Counted from the stretch's first letter, positions 26,556 to 39,926 are shown. The stretch: DNA of 64,000 bases from Convolutriloba macropyga (GCF_964194025.1 NC_134481.1:13082001-13146000), one strand, 5' to 3'. The notes: generated by a model not told the origin, from the letters alone. Translations and numbers: made by a program.

Positions 26556-26711
26556 TGTTTACTACTTATTCACAAAAGATTTCCAGATTACAATGAATTG
26601 CTAGGTTGCACAAAAGGGGTAAAACATAAAACCCGCAAATATTACAAATCAAAACAAATCAGAAGCCATCAATCAATCAAAACAAATTAAAGAAATCGAG
26701 CTTGTGCAACC
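26556..26711 (-). repeat. 5' LTR (outer end damaged)
   Basis: Aligns to 21296-21445. The terminal TTGAACA is replaced by AACC. Confidence 0.85.
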
Positions 26712-29497
26712 TAGCAACTCAAATAAATTGAATTCAAATAAATTGAATTACCGGACAATGGCCGCAAAATAGACTGTCGACGCCGGCTAGATTAAAAAAT
26801 TAGCAAACACCAAGGACAAACAATGCGATTCGCAATATATATTTCAAGTAATGTAGCCTTATAATAGTAGCGCTTGCATGACCTTCATTGAGTTTCATTT
26901 AGAGTTCAAGTTTTTAAATTAGACTTTAAAAATAATAAGCTTTCAATGTTGCAATTTGGGTAATTTAATTGATTGCTAAAAGTCATGTATGCTCAAAAAA
27001 TTATCAGATTGAAAAAAAAACCTATACCGATTATCCTACACAGAATACAGTGAAAAATGACGTCACGCACACAAATTCAGCTGCAGAGGAAAAAAACGCA
27101 CAATGTCTTCTTGGCGAGTAATCAAATGTTCGTAACAAACGTAGGGATGACGAAGAATTAAACAAACATAGCAAGATGAAGTTCCCAATTACAATTCAAA
27201 GAATTGAACAAAAACAACTTAACTATGGGTTTTTTTGGAAAACATCAAAATTAAGCAAATGATTAAAAACACATTTTTATATATGGAAGTCCCTGACAAA
27301 ATCATAATAATCAGACTTGCGAAAGCAAGCGAAGAACCTTTTATTTACTATTTCCACTGAGAGACAAAGAAAAAGTTGCATCTAAAATTTTTTCTAATAT
27401 TTTTGAAAAGTTGGTATCAAATAAGTAACAAAATTTAGCAACAAACACATAAAATGGACAAATGGAATAGATTTTGTCGTATAAGCAGGCCGATTAGGTG
27501 TGCCGTGCCATTAGTGCGACAGAGTGAAAAAAAACAAATTCGGGAACGAATCAAAAATTCACTTAGTTTTATTAAACCAATAGTATCGTCAAAAGAAACG
27601 TTATCAACTGGCTTTATTAATTTCGTTAACTTACTCTTCATTGAAAAGCCAATTGAACCTGTTAATAATAAGACTAAATGCAAAAACAAAAAGCACAACA
27701 AATATAGCAAAAACAAACACTCCCTAATATTTTATAAAACTAAGACAGAAAAATTATAAGCTATCAAAAAACTTTGAAAACATCAATTAATCACTTTGAA
27801 AAAGCCAATGGAACCTGTCTATAATCAAACTATGTGATAAAATACTAAGAGAAAATGGCGAAATTCAAAATTGCACTGATATTTTTGAAATCAAATAGCG
27901 TTTAACTCATAAAATATATTAGCTGTGGATCGAAGGGCACACAAATCTGTACACGTTTAAACAGATGCACATCAATTTGTAGCAGTCAAGGAAACATACC
28001 GAAAACATGAGCAAAATTGACGAAGCTGAAAAGACCCAAAAATTTTACCCCTCCCCCCCCCCCCTTAAATTACCCGATTTTCCGCTCTCCTAGTTCAGCA
28101 TGATTAAAGTCACTACTCTAAATGTGACTTTTCATTGACCTCAAAAGGTTGAACGAAGTGAAAAAGACAAGAAGTGTAAAAAGACAGCGCCCCAGTACAA
28201 TCGAAATCATTTGGATTGTTAGAAACCCGAGATACTAGCCTCCCAATCGCTTCACGGCTATTATTCAACCACCAAATTCATTTGAAATTGATTGTACAAA
28301 CTACATTTTGGGCACCTCCGGTTTATTCGCTGTTGCACTTTGTCACCACTTAAACTTCAGTTGAATTCAGTTGGATGCAAAAGTGTCATGCAAACTAATT
28401 CTGGGAAAATAAACACAAAATGAAATCAAAACTGTCACCAAAAATTTAAGAGAAGGACAAATCGAAACAATTGCTTCCGCGCAATTGATAGTAATGAAAA
28501 CGAAAATGACTTAATTTCATCAACAAATACCCGTAGAAATTAAAAACCTTATAAGTCTAAGAATTCAAGATTCAAGTACCCCAATCAGACTATAGCCCCA
28601 ATAATGACAATTTAAGAAAAACAGTTAAATCTGCTTTGTAATTGCAACGGCGAAAAAGTCAATCTACTGAGCATAATGTTCTGTATTTCGTCATTATTGC
28701 GGACTCCAAAAACACAGAGTCAGTAAAAACTGCATCTTAACCAGGTCAAGTTCTGCAATTTGATTTCACGTTTGATATGGTTGTCTACCGCAGTTATTCT
28801 ATTACTTTATACTTCGCTGATAACTTTCTCAATCGACCCCCTCATTTGAATTGCCCTTTTCAGAATTAAACACTGCAGATTTCTCATACAAAGTTGAGAT
28901 CATCTTTTAGAAGACAAATATGAAAACGATTATAAAAGAAAAAACTTTCTTCGAGTAAGAAAGCCACCACTCCACAAGCGTTTCATACGATTGCGCTTTC
29001 TCTGTTTATTAAAAATACATCTATCAGAAACGATCACAGCTTTCAAATCCGCAATAAATGAAAAGATATACATCTAAAAACTAAGAACATCCACAAATTG
29101 CAAGCACTCAATGTATTCTTATACTAATTTGTCCTACTCTCAGAAATTAAGATCACTGCAAATGGCCAATAAATGCATGCAATCAGAAGGTTATTTCAAC
29201 AAACAATCCTAGTACTTGACTATGAAGTCTGCTAAGTAAGCTGATTACGTCACGTGCAAATTTGAGTAAAACAAAATACCAGTTAGACCAACGCAGTGTA
29301 GGCCACGAACATGCCTCACTTCCTTTCACGGGATATAACCCGGAAACAACCGGCCAGTTCTCCCGGTAAGACCTCGACGCGCTCCAAGTTACCCACGGGT
29401 AATAATTTAAGCACAAATGTAATTACTAATTTAATAACTAGAAATTCTTCTATAAAGTCTTCACGCCTGGTTTAAAGCCTTGTTTCAACGCCCACTT

Positions 29498-32400
29498 ATT
29501 GTTTCTACCCACTATATTGGGGCAGGAAATATATACTCAAACGGGTTTTTTTGTTCAGTCAATTTTCACCGATCGATATATTCATTGTAGAGGGCTGCGA
29601 GTGGTATAATTAGAAATTCCGTCCAGCGTAGAATAAATAACTAAATAGATTTTTTTTTAATTTCGTTTTTTCCACAGAGTTATCGAGGTTTAAAGTTTTG
29701 TGAACATTTGACTGGTTTTTGTTTCCGTTCACATTTTCCGTATGCTTTTTTGTCAATTTTGCTGAAAATTATGTTGAATTCGGTAATGATAGTGTTAAAG
29801 ATTTCACTTCTAAAACCGAAAGAGTGATGTTGACCTGTTTGATCTAATTTTTGGGCTAAAACTTTGCTAAATTTTTCAAATAGCCTTTTTTAATCAAATT
29901 TGGCAGTAAATAGGCTTGTGTGAATTTACTGGGTTAACACACCTAAAACGTGCTGAAACAATCTTCGCTATCTCTAAAGCAAGCTGGTTTCAATTGTGGA
30001 TCTTTAGAGCGTGTTCTTGAATTAAACGTTTGCAAATTTTTAACTCGATAATTATGCAAAATGCATCATTTAAATTTGATATAATGATTTTTTTGTAAAA
30101 TTTTTGATATATAAATAAAATTCGGATCAATAAAATGTTTTTGCCGAATCGCTGTTTTCTAAAGCACAAAAATCCGAACTGTAATCAGTCGGTAATTAAA
30201 AAAAAAAATTCTCATTTTTGATTTTTGTGGGTTCATTAGCGAAAAGAACAAATCAAATCAGGGCGGTCTGATAAAAGGTCAGACTGATATCCTAAGAAGT
30301 TTCGAGGAAACATATCTAGTTTTTAGTCGAAAGATTTTGGTAGTTTTGTCTTTTAAAACCATATTTTTAAAAAACAAATATATTCATTAATTATGTCACA
30401 TTTTTGATTTTTGTCGGCTCATTATCAAAAAGAAATCGAAGCGGTCTAATGAAAGGTCAGATTGAACTCCTAAGAAGTTCCGAGGAAACATATCTAGTTT
30501 TTAGTCGAAAGATTTTAGTCGTTTTGTCTTTTAAAAACATATTTTTAAATAGAAAATGGATTATTGTTATATGCAACTTTCTTCTCTTTTTGGTCAACTT
30601 AGAGTTTAACTTCAGCAACAGCAGTTTGTGTTGGGTTTGTAGTTATTTAAAATTTAATAAATATTGCAGTTTGACGTTTTACGTAATGGTTTCTCTGCAT
30701 TGATAAGAGTTTTCAAATTTGAATATTGAACATTTGCCCAACGTTGAGGTTTTCGCTCTCGTGTCATGTTGTTGACAGGTCAGGTTTAATTTTAAAACAA
30801 TTTAAAGAAAGGAATCCAACGAATAAGTTTTCCAGTGAATACATTATGGTTTATACTGCTTCGACCTCGTCTTCTAGCAGAAACTAAAGATTTTTTGTCG
30901 TTCTTTTTGTAATCGTTTGAGAAGTTCGAGATAATTGCAGGTCCTGGCTTCCTCCTATAGATGAACAGAGAAATCTATGTACTGATTTTGGTTGATTGCT
31001 AAAGTTTTTTATAACCTTATTATCAACTTTTAAAAAAATTGACGTAATGTTTTCTCTGCTTTGATACGAGTTTTCTCAAAAATTTGATTATTGAACATTC
31101 GAACTGCAATCAGTCGATAATTTTTATTAAGATTTTCAAATTTTTGATTTTTGTGGGTTCATTAGCGAAAAGACAAATCAAATCAGAGCGGTATAATGAA
31201 AAGTCAGATTGAAGTCCTAAGAAGTTCTGAGGAAACATATCTAGTTTTTAGTCGAAAGGTTTTGGTCGTTTTGTTTTTAAAAAAACATATTTTTAAATAA
31301 ACAATGGATTATTGACATTTGCAACTTTCTTCTCTTTTTGTCAACTTATAGTTTAATTCAGCAACGACAGGTTGCGTCGGGTTTGTGATTGATTAAAACT
31401 TAATACTTATTGCGGTTTAACGTTTTACGTAATGGTTTCTTTGCTTTTATACGAGTTTTTGAATTTGATAATTGAACATTTAACCAATGCTGAAGTTTTT
31501 ACTCCCATGTCATGTTATTGGCAGGTCAGGTTTAATAATATAAAAATTTAAAAGAAAGGAATCGAACACAAAAGTTTTCCAGTGAAAACATGGTTTATAC
31601 TGCTTCGACATCGTCTTCTAGCTGAATTATTGATTTTTTGTCGTTCTTTTTCTAGACGTTTGAGAAGATCTAGATAACTGCAGGTCCTGGCGTCTTCCTA
31701 TAGACAAACAAAGAAATCTATGAACTGATTTCGGTTGATAGCTAAGGTTTTTAATGACCTTATCAACTTTTCAAAAAATATTTAAAGATGTATTTTTAAA
31801 TTTGTAATTTGCTGTACTATTCTATCTACTTGTTACCTACTCTGATCAAATACAGGTTGTAAATCAAACTAATTGTTTTGAACAATGAAACAATTGAACA
31901 TATCTAAGGATTTTAGTGCAATGTTTTTTGTTTTTACGACTTGAAAACCAGTTTTTCGCAAAATGTTTACTTAATTTTTGTTCTGCATCTTTTAATCGTT
32001 TTTTTTTGTATTATGACATACTCTGAATAACGAAAGCTCTATAAGGCCTTCTTTTGAGGAATGATTTTCATATTTATTGATTTCGGTTGCTTTCTAATGT
32101 TTTGATGTCTTCGAAATTGTTTACAAAAACAAACGAATGTATTTTTTAACTTTTTCATCTTGTTATTTTTTTAAAAAATCTTGTTACCTAGTCTCATTAT
32201 GCAGAAGTCACAAATGACATCATTGGTCTTCAAAGAAAGCACAGGTGAAAATATCTTAATTTTACGGATTGGATTATGGTCTTAAGAGCCTCTACACCGT
32301 TTTCTTGCAAAGTTTTATGAAATTTTTGATTTTCGTCTCAATTTGTCATTTATACTTTTAGACGTACGACATATTCTGGATACTAACAGGTCTCAATGCC

Positions 32401-32911
32401 TTTATATCGATGTTCGGTCGAACATAGACCTATTTAAAAATTTTAATTGATCTTATAGTTTTCGCTGAAATATTGTCGTTTTTGTTCTCTTTTGTCTGCC
32501 TCTTACCGAGTCTCATAAATGACTGGTCCCATGTTTTTTTCTATTGAAAAAACAAACTAGTTTGTTTAGTTAAGATTTTATTTGTAGCTTTTTTGTATGT
32601 AGTTTATATGTAGTTTTTCTCCAAAAATATAAATGTTGAGTTTTGGATGTAAATGTTCGTTGTTGTTTGAATTTGTTTGTTTGTCTTGTCTCGCAGTATT
32701 AATAATGGCAGGTCTCATCGGGCCACTGTGGCATTGTTTACTTTACTAAGTGATTTGAAATGGAGACAATTTTTATTTATCCATACACCAAATTTTTTTG
32801 ATCATATGTGAGAATTTTTGGAAGCTTTCTATGTCTTCCTCATTTGGTACAGAATTGAGCCAAACTTGTGGATAAGCGGGGTCTGAATCTTACGTGCGAA
32901 CGCACAATACT
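29498..32911 (+). mobile_element. Helentron/DINE-1-like element family A, copy 3, with internal tandem duplications
   Basis: The 5' end is ATTGTTTCTACCCACTATATTGGGG. The 3' end is GCGGGGTCTGA followed by the perfect hairpin GTGCG-AA-CGCAC (32894-32905). Internal repeats start at ~30215, ~30400 and ~31140. Confidence 0.7.
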
Positions 32912-35204
32912 GAGCTTTCTTATTACTATTTTGTAGTGCCAACTTAGTGAAATGAAACTTGATGCACCTTGCTATGCCATCAAGACGACAAAAAAATCTT
33001 TACAGAGATTTTATCAAGAAAAGCCACGAAGACGCTGAATTTTACCTTAAGAGAACAATTATCTCTTTGTCGATATAAACACATTATTGCCCATATTGAG
33101 CTGTCAAACTTGGCAAGAGCGGTAACATGGATCCATACTTTATGGGAATTTTTAACAACCCTTTACGAGAGAAAACTTTATAATCTGATTGTTTGTTTAC
33201 ACAGTACGCGTTTGGAGGACGGTTGAATATAGTAGGATTCTAAAAATGAACATCTTTAAATACTTTTGGGACCTTAGTGGAAGCCATCCTGTTGGACATC
33301 TTGTACGGTGGTATACTGATTTAAAATAAGGTAAATATTCATGCCCTAACAAAATGGTTAAAAAAAGACAACAAAAACAAACAACGAAAGCGCTACAAAT
33401 AATTCCACTTCAGTTATCACTAAGTCATCCCCATTTTGTAGCCTTCAGAGGATTTAGAAAAAACATTTTCGCAATTTTTGATTAATATTTTGGGTGCAAC
33501 TTCAGTGTGCTTGAGAGATCCACCAATTTGAGAAAAAGCCTGAATAGAAAGAAACTTTGAGACTCAATAGTAAGAGGGTTTAAATTCGGCCTGAAGCGAC
33601 AATAGGCCAAAAGAGACAGCGTTAATCAAAATTACACCTTTCTATCAGATAGTTTTGCTTGTCGGTAATTCCGCGTTTTTACTAAATCAAAGGTTTAATT
33701 ATGTAAATATTGTCCACGGAAAATGAAACATTTTTATGGATTCTAAAATGTGTGTATGATATCTTGACCTACCTTATTTTATATTTAATGGTTTTGTTTT
33801 GCTCTCTTCGCTAAACACAAAGATTTCGAAAAAAGTTATAAAATATTTCATATTTGTTGAGCTATCGGAACTTCTGCTACTCAATAAAGCAGCAATAAAG
33901 GTTTTTTTCGAAACTGAAGTAAGTTCCAAGTTTTTAGAAAACGCTGCACAATAGCAGTTCTTTTAACATCTTCGCTTAAAAAACTCTCAATATTTGAGTG
34001 CAAAAAAAGGTCAGCGGAAATTGCAGACACAAACAGAAAAAGAAATGATTCGGCAATATCAGTTAAAATAAAAGCTATTTTAGAAGATTTGTCACAATAA
34101 ACCACAAAATTTGTCGAAAGAGTTTGATTTTAACATATTCCAAGGAAATAATAGTTTTATCAACTAGCTATAATACTGATTCGCTGCACTTCGTTTCAGA
34201 CTCAATGCGTTCATCCGTTCGCGGGTGTATGCAGAATCAAAAAGTTCCAGTTTTTGTGCTTATGTATATATCAATAAGGTAACCCCAATAAGGTAATCAA
34301 TATTTTTGCCCGAACAAAGTTTTTGAATTAACTTAGATATCGAGTTTTAGGAACTTTCAAACACGGGAAAACAAAAAATTTGGCCATCCAATATTTATTT
34401 ATCATTGATGTTTTTGGTTTTCGTGAAAATAAGAAAACTGCGTTTTTGAGCGCAAATCGGATTAGTCAACACTGATCTACCGTTGCGTTTTTAGACAATT
34501 GTAATCCAGAATAGCTAGAGTAACGAAGTTGCAATTGCGAAAAGACTGAACAAGGCTTGCCCCTCCTAGCTTAACAAACAAGGAAAATAGGAAAAATTAA
34601 GAAATATGTTGTAATCACTACTCTCAAATTTAACAGCCCTTCCAAACTTCATTTTCTTCATTCGTCAAGAATCCTTCATTCGTCAAGAATCCAAAGTGAT
34701 GTAAAATTAGAATCTTTGAACAAAATTCTTTCCGTTTTCTTTGAAAAACAGTGTTTCAATACCGAGAGGCAAATTAATACCAATATACTCTTGCGAAATG
34801 TCGAAGACACTGATGATTGCCCACCTTTTTGTTCCCACATTTTCTGAAAAAAAGTGGGAGAACTTTATGCTAGCCTCACACTTTTTTTGTTCAGACAATT
34901 TTTTACTTTTTTGAGCGCATCCCAGACTAACTTATACAGTATCGTTTTCTAAAGGCCAAGTACTTGGCCTCTAGAATTTCATTACAAGGATTTTTCAAGA
35001 ATTTTTCTTTTTGACTAAGTAAGAGACAGAAATTCTGCCAATTTTGACCCACTTTTGGCCAATTCCAACATGTTGAGTGTGATAAGGTCATCTGAGAATA
35101 TGGTGCTTTAATTTAATTTTATTTGACGGCAGCCAGCAGAGAACACAAAGTTTATGCAATTTCTCCTCTGTCAAAATATATCTCAGCCATTTGAAATTTC
35201 TCTG

Positions 35205-35287
35205 CATCGTTCTTTCAAGATTTTTGAGACTGCTCTTCTACCAAGTTATTGCAGCTATTTTCTCAGCAATCTGACAGCTATGTTTTA
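35205..35287 (+). mobile_element. Family B HINE-like 3' end fragment
   Basis: TATTGCAGCTATTTTCTCAGCAATCTGACAGCTATGTTTT is a diverged reverse complement of 35403-35440. Confidence 0.6.
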
Positions 35288-35402
35288 TTTAAGACATCAA
35301 CTACTGAAATAATCTTAACCGTGCATACGATGAATGAAAATAATATTGGGCTTAAGTAATAATTTCAAAAATTATTACCCATTCCAAGCCAAATTTTAAA
35401 AC

Positions 35403-36335
35403 CATAGCTGGCAGATTGCCAGAAAATAGCCGCAATAGCTTCGCATATCTGCAGTCTCGAAAAAAAGTAAAAAACAATACCAAAAATACTCTTTTCATTA
35501 TAGAATGAGATGTTATATTTTCATTACGAATCTGTATTAAGTTATTGCTGCCTTTGTATGAACTAATTGTACGAACTAATGAACAAAAAGCCGATCTGAA
35601 GTGGTTGTAACGTCATATGGTCAGAACAAAAATCTTGACGACGAAATAAGAAACATAGCCGGAAAAGACGCGAAAATTTCTTCGCCAAAAAACAGCCTTT
35701 CGAATAGTTTGTTTCTGATGGCAGTGAGCACAAAAGAATAGAAAATATTATCTTGATTGAAATAAAGAAAAGATAACTAAAAAGTAAACAAAAAATACAA
35801 AAAATTACGTTTTCAATTTTTACAAGTACAAATACACAGAGAAAACAAAATTTTACGCAATAGACACAACCCTATTATTCATACAAACTCGGACAAGCCA
35901 AACTAATTACAAAAAGCATCAATGATTTCGAAATAAAGCGAAAAATTAAGAAGTTAAGAGAAATTTAAAGAATTGAAAAAAAAATGAAAAAATTACTTGG
36001 TACCAAGGAACCTGAAATTAATTTGTAATAGAATTTCCGCACGAGCATTAAGCTTGAATTCAGTAACAAGTTAAAGCAATAAAAATCCATAGTGGGCCAA
36101 AAATTGCTAAAAAGCCGTCAAACCGGAGAATTAGCTGAAAATCCTTAAAATTAGGATGAAACTCCCTTTAATTACCAAAAATCTTCGAAACACTTTTAAA
36201 ACAACCTAACAATTACTACTTTACTCTAAAATTCCGGTTTTCTTACTCACTTATCAAAAAACCATAAAGCCTCTTCGAGTCTTAAAAAACAAGAGAAGGC
36301 AAATAAAAAACCCCAGCTATCGCTGTGCGGCTATT
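35403..36335 (-). mobile_element. Helentron/DINE-1-like element family B, copy 1
   Basis: Hairpin CTGGCA-GAT-TGCCAG and subTIR AATAGCCGCA at the left end; TGCGGCTATT at the right end; A/T-run flanks. Confidence 0.7.
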
Positions 36336-37374
36336 AATAAGAGTTGATCACTTTTTCCTTCGGCGTCCAGTTGAAACAATATTTTGCATGCGAGAAAACT
36401 TAGCTGTATTGCTCATCCCATTTGAGTGATTTAATGCATTAAATGTAAATAAATTCGGAAAACTCTGTGCTGCGCACAGAATCTTGCGAGCCTTCTTGTT
36501 ATTTTTCTTTGAGCTTGCTTTATGTCTGCTCGTTCACGAATAGCTGTAAGAGACTCATTGAAAAAGGAAAAATTTTCAAGATTTAAATTAATTCGGAATG
36601 AAATTGAAATTAAAATTAGTCATTGAATGGTAAAAGAAGGTGCTAAGAATTGGACAATGGAAATACAACTCAAATATCTGTATTTATATCAAAATTACTG
36701 CAATAAACAATCGGAGAATAATTACAAATTAACAGTTTGGGAACAGAAACAAATAATCACATTAAAAGAGGTGGCAATAGATGTATTCTGCAGATCAATT
36801 TACAGAAAGCGGTTGAAATAGATGCACTAAGTCTATACCGTCGTCTTCTTTCCTAAATATTCTTTGGATCTATCACCCCCCCCCCCCCCCAAAAAAAAAA
36901 CAATTACGTGCCCCTGAAGCTGCTGGGGGGACAGGAATAGATCCATTGCTTCTCATGACAACTTCGGAAACAAAACGACTCATGAACAAAAAAATTTCTG
37001 CATAAAATTTATCGCAATTATTATCCAGTTGGAAGTATAAAAAGATAGATAATCTACTATACACTACTACTTATACAATGAGAATTTTAATTCATTATCC
37101 TTCAAAAAAATATCTAATTATAAATCACTCAAGCCAAACAAATTAAGCAATTTTAAAATCAGCGAAAGCATCAGGAATGTATGGATTTAGTTTTAGTCAG
37201 TGAAATGATATGTTGGGGGTAGCTGTTTATCCAAATTGGCCTTCTAACTCAAGTTATTAATCTGAATACAAATTCAGAATGAAAACAGTTCATGAGAACT
37301 CTCGGCTTGCCTTTGAAATCAGCAGATTGATACAAACTTCAGCTCTTGTTCCAATTAGCAGCTTTAAGTTGCCT

Positions 37375-37490
37375 ACCCCCGCTTAGTGGGTGCATATTAT
37401 TTTCAACCCTAAAGCCCACCTGCCATATTTTTACATAATGATTTTCTATGTATTGTACTAGTGGCTGGGGGAGGGTGAGGGGTGGGTAGT
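37375..37490 (+). repeat. Dispersed repeat, second copy at 50005-50155
   Basis: GCTTAGTGGGTGCA(T/C)ATTATTT...ATATTTTTACATAATGATTT is shared, and both copies are followed by G-rich runs. Confidence 0.65.
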
Positions 37491-39815
37491 GGTTGATCGT
37501 ATTAGTCAATCGATGGCCCAGCAGTTCATGATGTTTGACTCTAAAATTTTACTTTTCGCAAACAATAACATGTATACGCTTTTGTCGCCTTAAACTCGAG
37601 TTCCTTATCAGCTAGCGGTCTAGTTCATGAAATTTTGATTCAAATTTCGATTTTGGCATATATTAAAAGGTCAGTTTGAAACAACCTTTCATTAATTATA
37701 TACTTTACTAATTATTTATAAAGTTGTCAACTTAATTTATTTATTTGCTGTTCACGAAATGAGGCCTTTTCATTGTTTAAAATAGATGTCAAGTTGTTGA
37801 CCTACGTCTTTTCATCAAACTTGACCACCTTCAATGCTTCAACTTGACGAAATTTCACATAAAACTATAAAGCGCGCCATCTGATTTATTAATCAGAGGC
37901 ACAATTAGATCACGAAATTGGTATTCAACTAATCAAGCCACGTTAAATTTTTGCTCATTCAAAAAATAACTGAGTGAGCGCTAATGTTAACATCCTTTTC
38001 AACAAAATTTCTGAGAAAGATTTTCAATCAATCACTCAATTACAGAAGATCTCCAGTTCTCAGTTTACCCAACTACGTCTCGAGCAAATTTACGAGGAAA
38101 ATTTCGAGCTGCATTGTAAGGAGTTTTGGGAAAATTAAGAATAGATTTCAATTTACAAAAGTCAATCTAATCTGATTTTATAGCGCATAATCGAAACCAG
38201 AAACGAATGAATGTGAAACCAAAGGTAATTGTGTCCAGCGTTCTTTTTTTTTTGTTAAAAAGGCAACACAACGACTCCATTACGAGCTAATAACATTTAA
38301 ATCAGAGCCTTTACCCAAATTGGACTTTTTACAGAAACCTCAAGGGATTACCATCCATACAAATTACAGCAAAATTTTCTTTTAGAAGCGAGTATGAAAT
38401 TTGCTTCCTTTGAGGTCTGCGTTCCTTTGAGGTCGAGCTGAATCCCAGCAATTACCACTAAAAATCAGAACCAAAAAGATCCGTCAGAACTTTTTTTATC
38501 TACACGGCTGCTTTCCCCATATCGCAAGGTTTCATTTGCGCGAGAGAAAAAGGTTTCCCAGTTTTACGAGTTTTTACCCGCTGAGTCACTTCGACATGTT
38601 TGAAAATTTTAACCAAGGAAAGTCTACTCACTCTTAACAAGGTGAAAAACAATCTGACTGTAGTGAGGTCAAAACATAACCGACTAACGTCGGGTGAATT
38701 GCTCTCAAACAACCGGCGAGCGGTTGGCTTCGGTTGTAACCATCTGGCGCTCAGAAATATTAGCATTAAAGGGAGTTGGGCAAGGGATGGGGGGTCAAGC
38801 AATGGGGGGGGGGTAGGGTTGGACGAGAGGCGTCCAAATCGCCAGGCGGAGGAGAGTGGACTGGGGAATTGCTGGGGGTTCAACTTTTCAGATTAGGAAC
38901 CACTCGTCACACCATGATATTGTCTCCTCAAAACAGTTTTGGTGAATCACCTACTTAGACCTCAATTTCGCTGTTAAACAAAATCAGCAATAAAGTTAGG
39001 CTCAATCACTAATTTTGAAAGTTGATCAAGCAAGGAGTCATTATTTCATACTTTTTCAAGCATCCCACTTTTTTCAAGATTTCACGTTTCATATCACACT
39101 AGACTTTGAACTCAATCACTTTTTCGCTCACTTTTCACACTTGTCTCGACGAGTTCAACCTCACAATATGGTATAAAATGAGCAATCAACTGAGCAAACT
39201 TTTTGGAAAAAACTCTTGGGAGCCTTAAGGCATGTTTCTAGGAAAATTTTAATGCAATCCCAATTTTTTCTCATGAGACAAAGCATACACTTTTCAAAGA
39301 TAATCAAAGGGAATAATTGAAAACAGGAAGCAGTAACAAATTATAACAACTTCATCAAAAAGGACTTTTTTAAGGTCTATAATTGAGTCAATATAGAGAA
39401 ATATTTTTAATAAACTGCTCATTTTTCTAAAAACCATAAAGAGTGACAATGAGAGTGACACAACAGAGCCGGCTGACAACCTCTGCGATCCATTCGCTCC
39501 TACAATAATATCAAGGTATTCAGAAAATATTTGGGTTGAACGGTTATTCAATTGTTGGATTGATTCGCTGCACGAGTGCAAACCCGAACATCTAAAGTGC
39601 GATTTGAAGCACCTGCTAACAAATTTCAGGTCCCTAATAAACGAGCAGGAAGAGCATAAAGAACTATAAATAGAAAAAAAACTAATGAAAATATCTACGA
39701 AAAAACGACTGGAAGAAAAAGTGTTCTTTGGAAACATACAGAGTTGCAATGTTACATTAAATTTTAATTGAATTCTCTCGTTGAGTTTTGAACCGCAAAA
39801 TTGGGGTCCAAATAA

Positions 39816-39926
39816 GTTAGAGTATAGTTCTGGGAAGCCTTCGGCAATTCGAGCTCAGTCTCGGGCGCAAGCGCCCTCGGCTTTTGAGCTCTAACTGACT
39901 TAGGCTTCCCAGAACTATACTCTAAC
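39816..39926. mobile_element. Palindromic miniature element (111-bp hairpin)
   Basis: Perfect 25-bp inverted repeat GTTAGAGTATAGTTCTGGGAAGCCT, inner GAGCTC arms and central GGGCGC-AA-GCGCCC. Confidence 0.75.

Larger units (their letters stand above)
21296..26711 (-). mobile_element. BEL/Pao LTR retrotransposon, decayed, gag-deleted
   Basis: Two direct ~155-bp LTRs, a PBS, a PPT-like GCGGCCCGGAG before the 3' LTR, and fragmented pol in BEL/Pao order (RT, RNaseH, integrase). Confidence 0.93.

Noticed and set aside
39294-39749. 151-aa ORF and other 60-150-aa ORFs in the track
   Set aside because: They have no recognisable motifs and low-complexity F/L/K-rich composition expected from AT-rich or repeat DNA; many are antisense to TE or PAK coding sequence.
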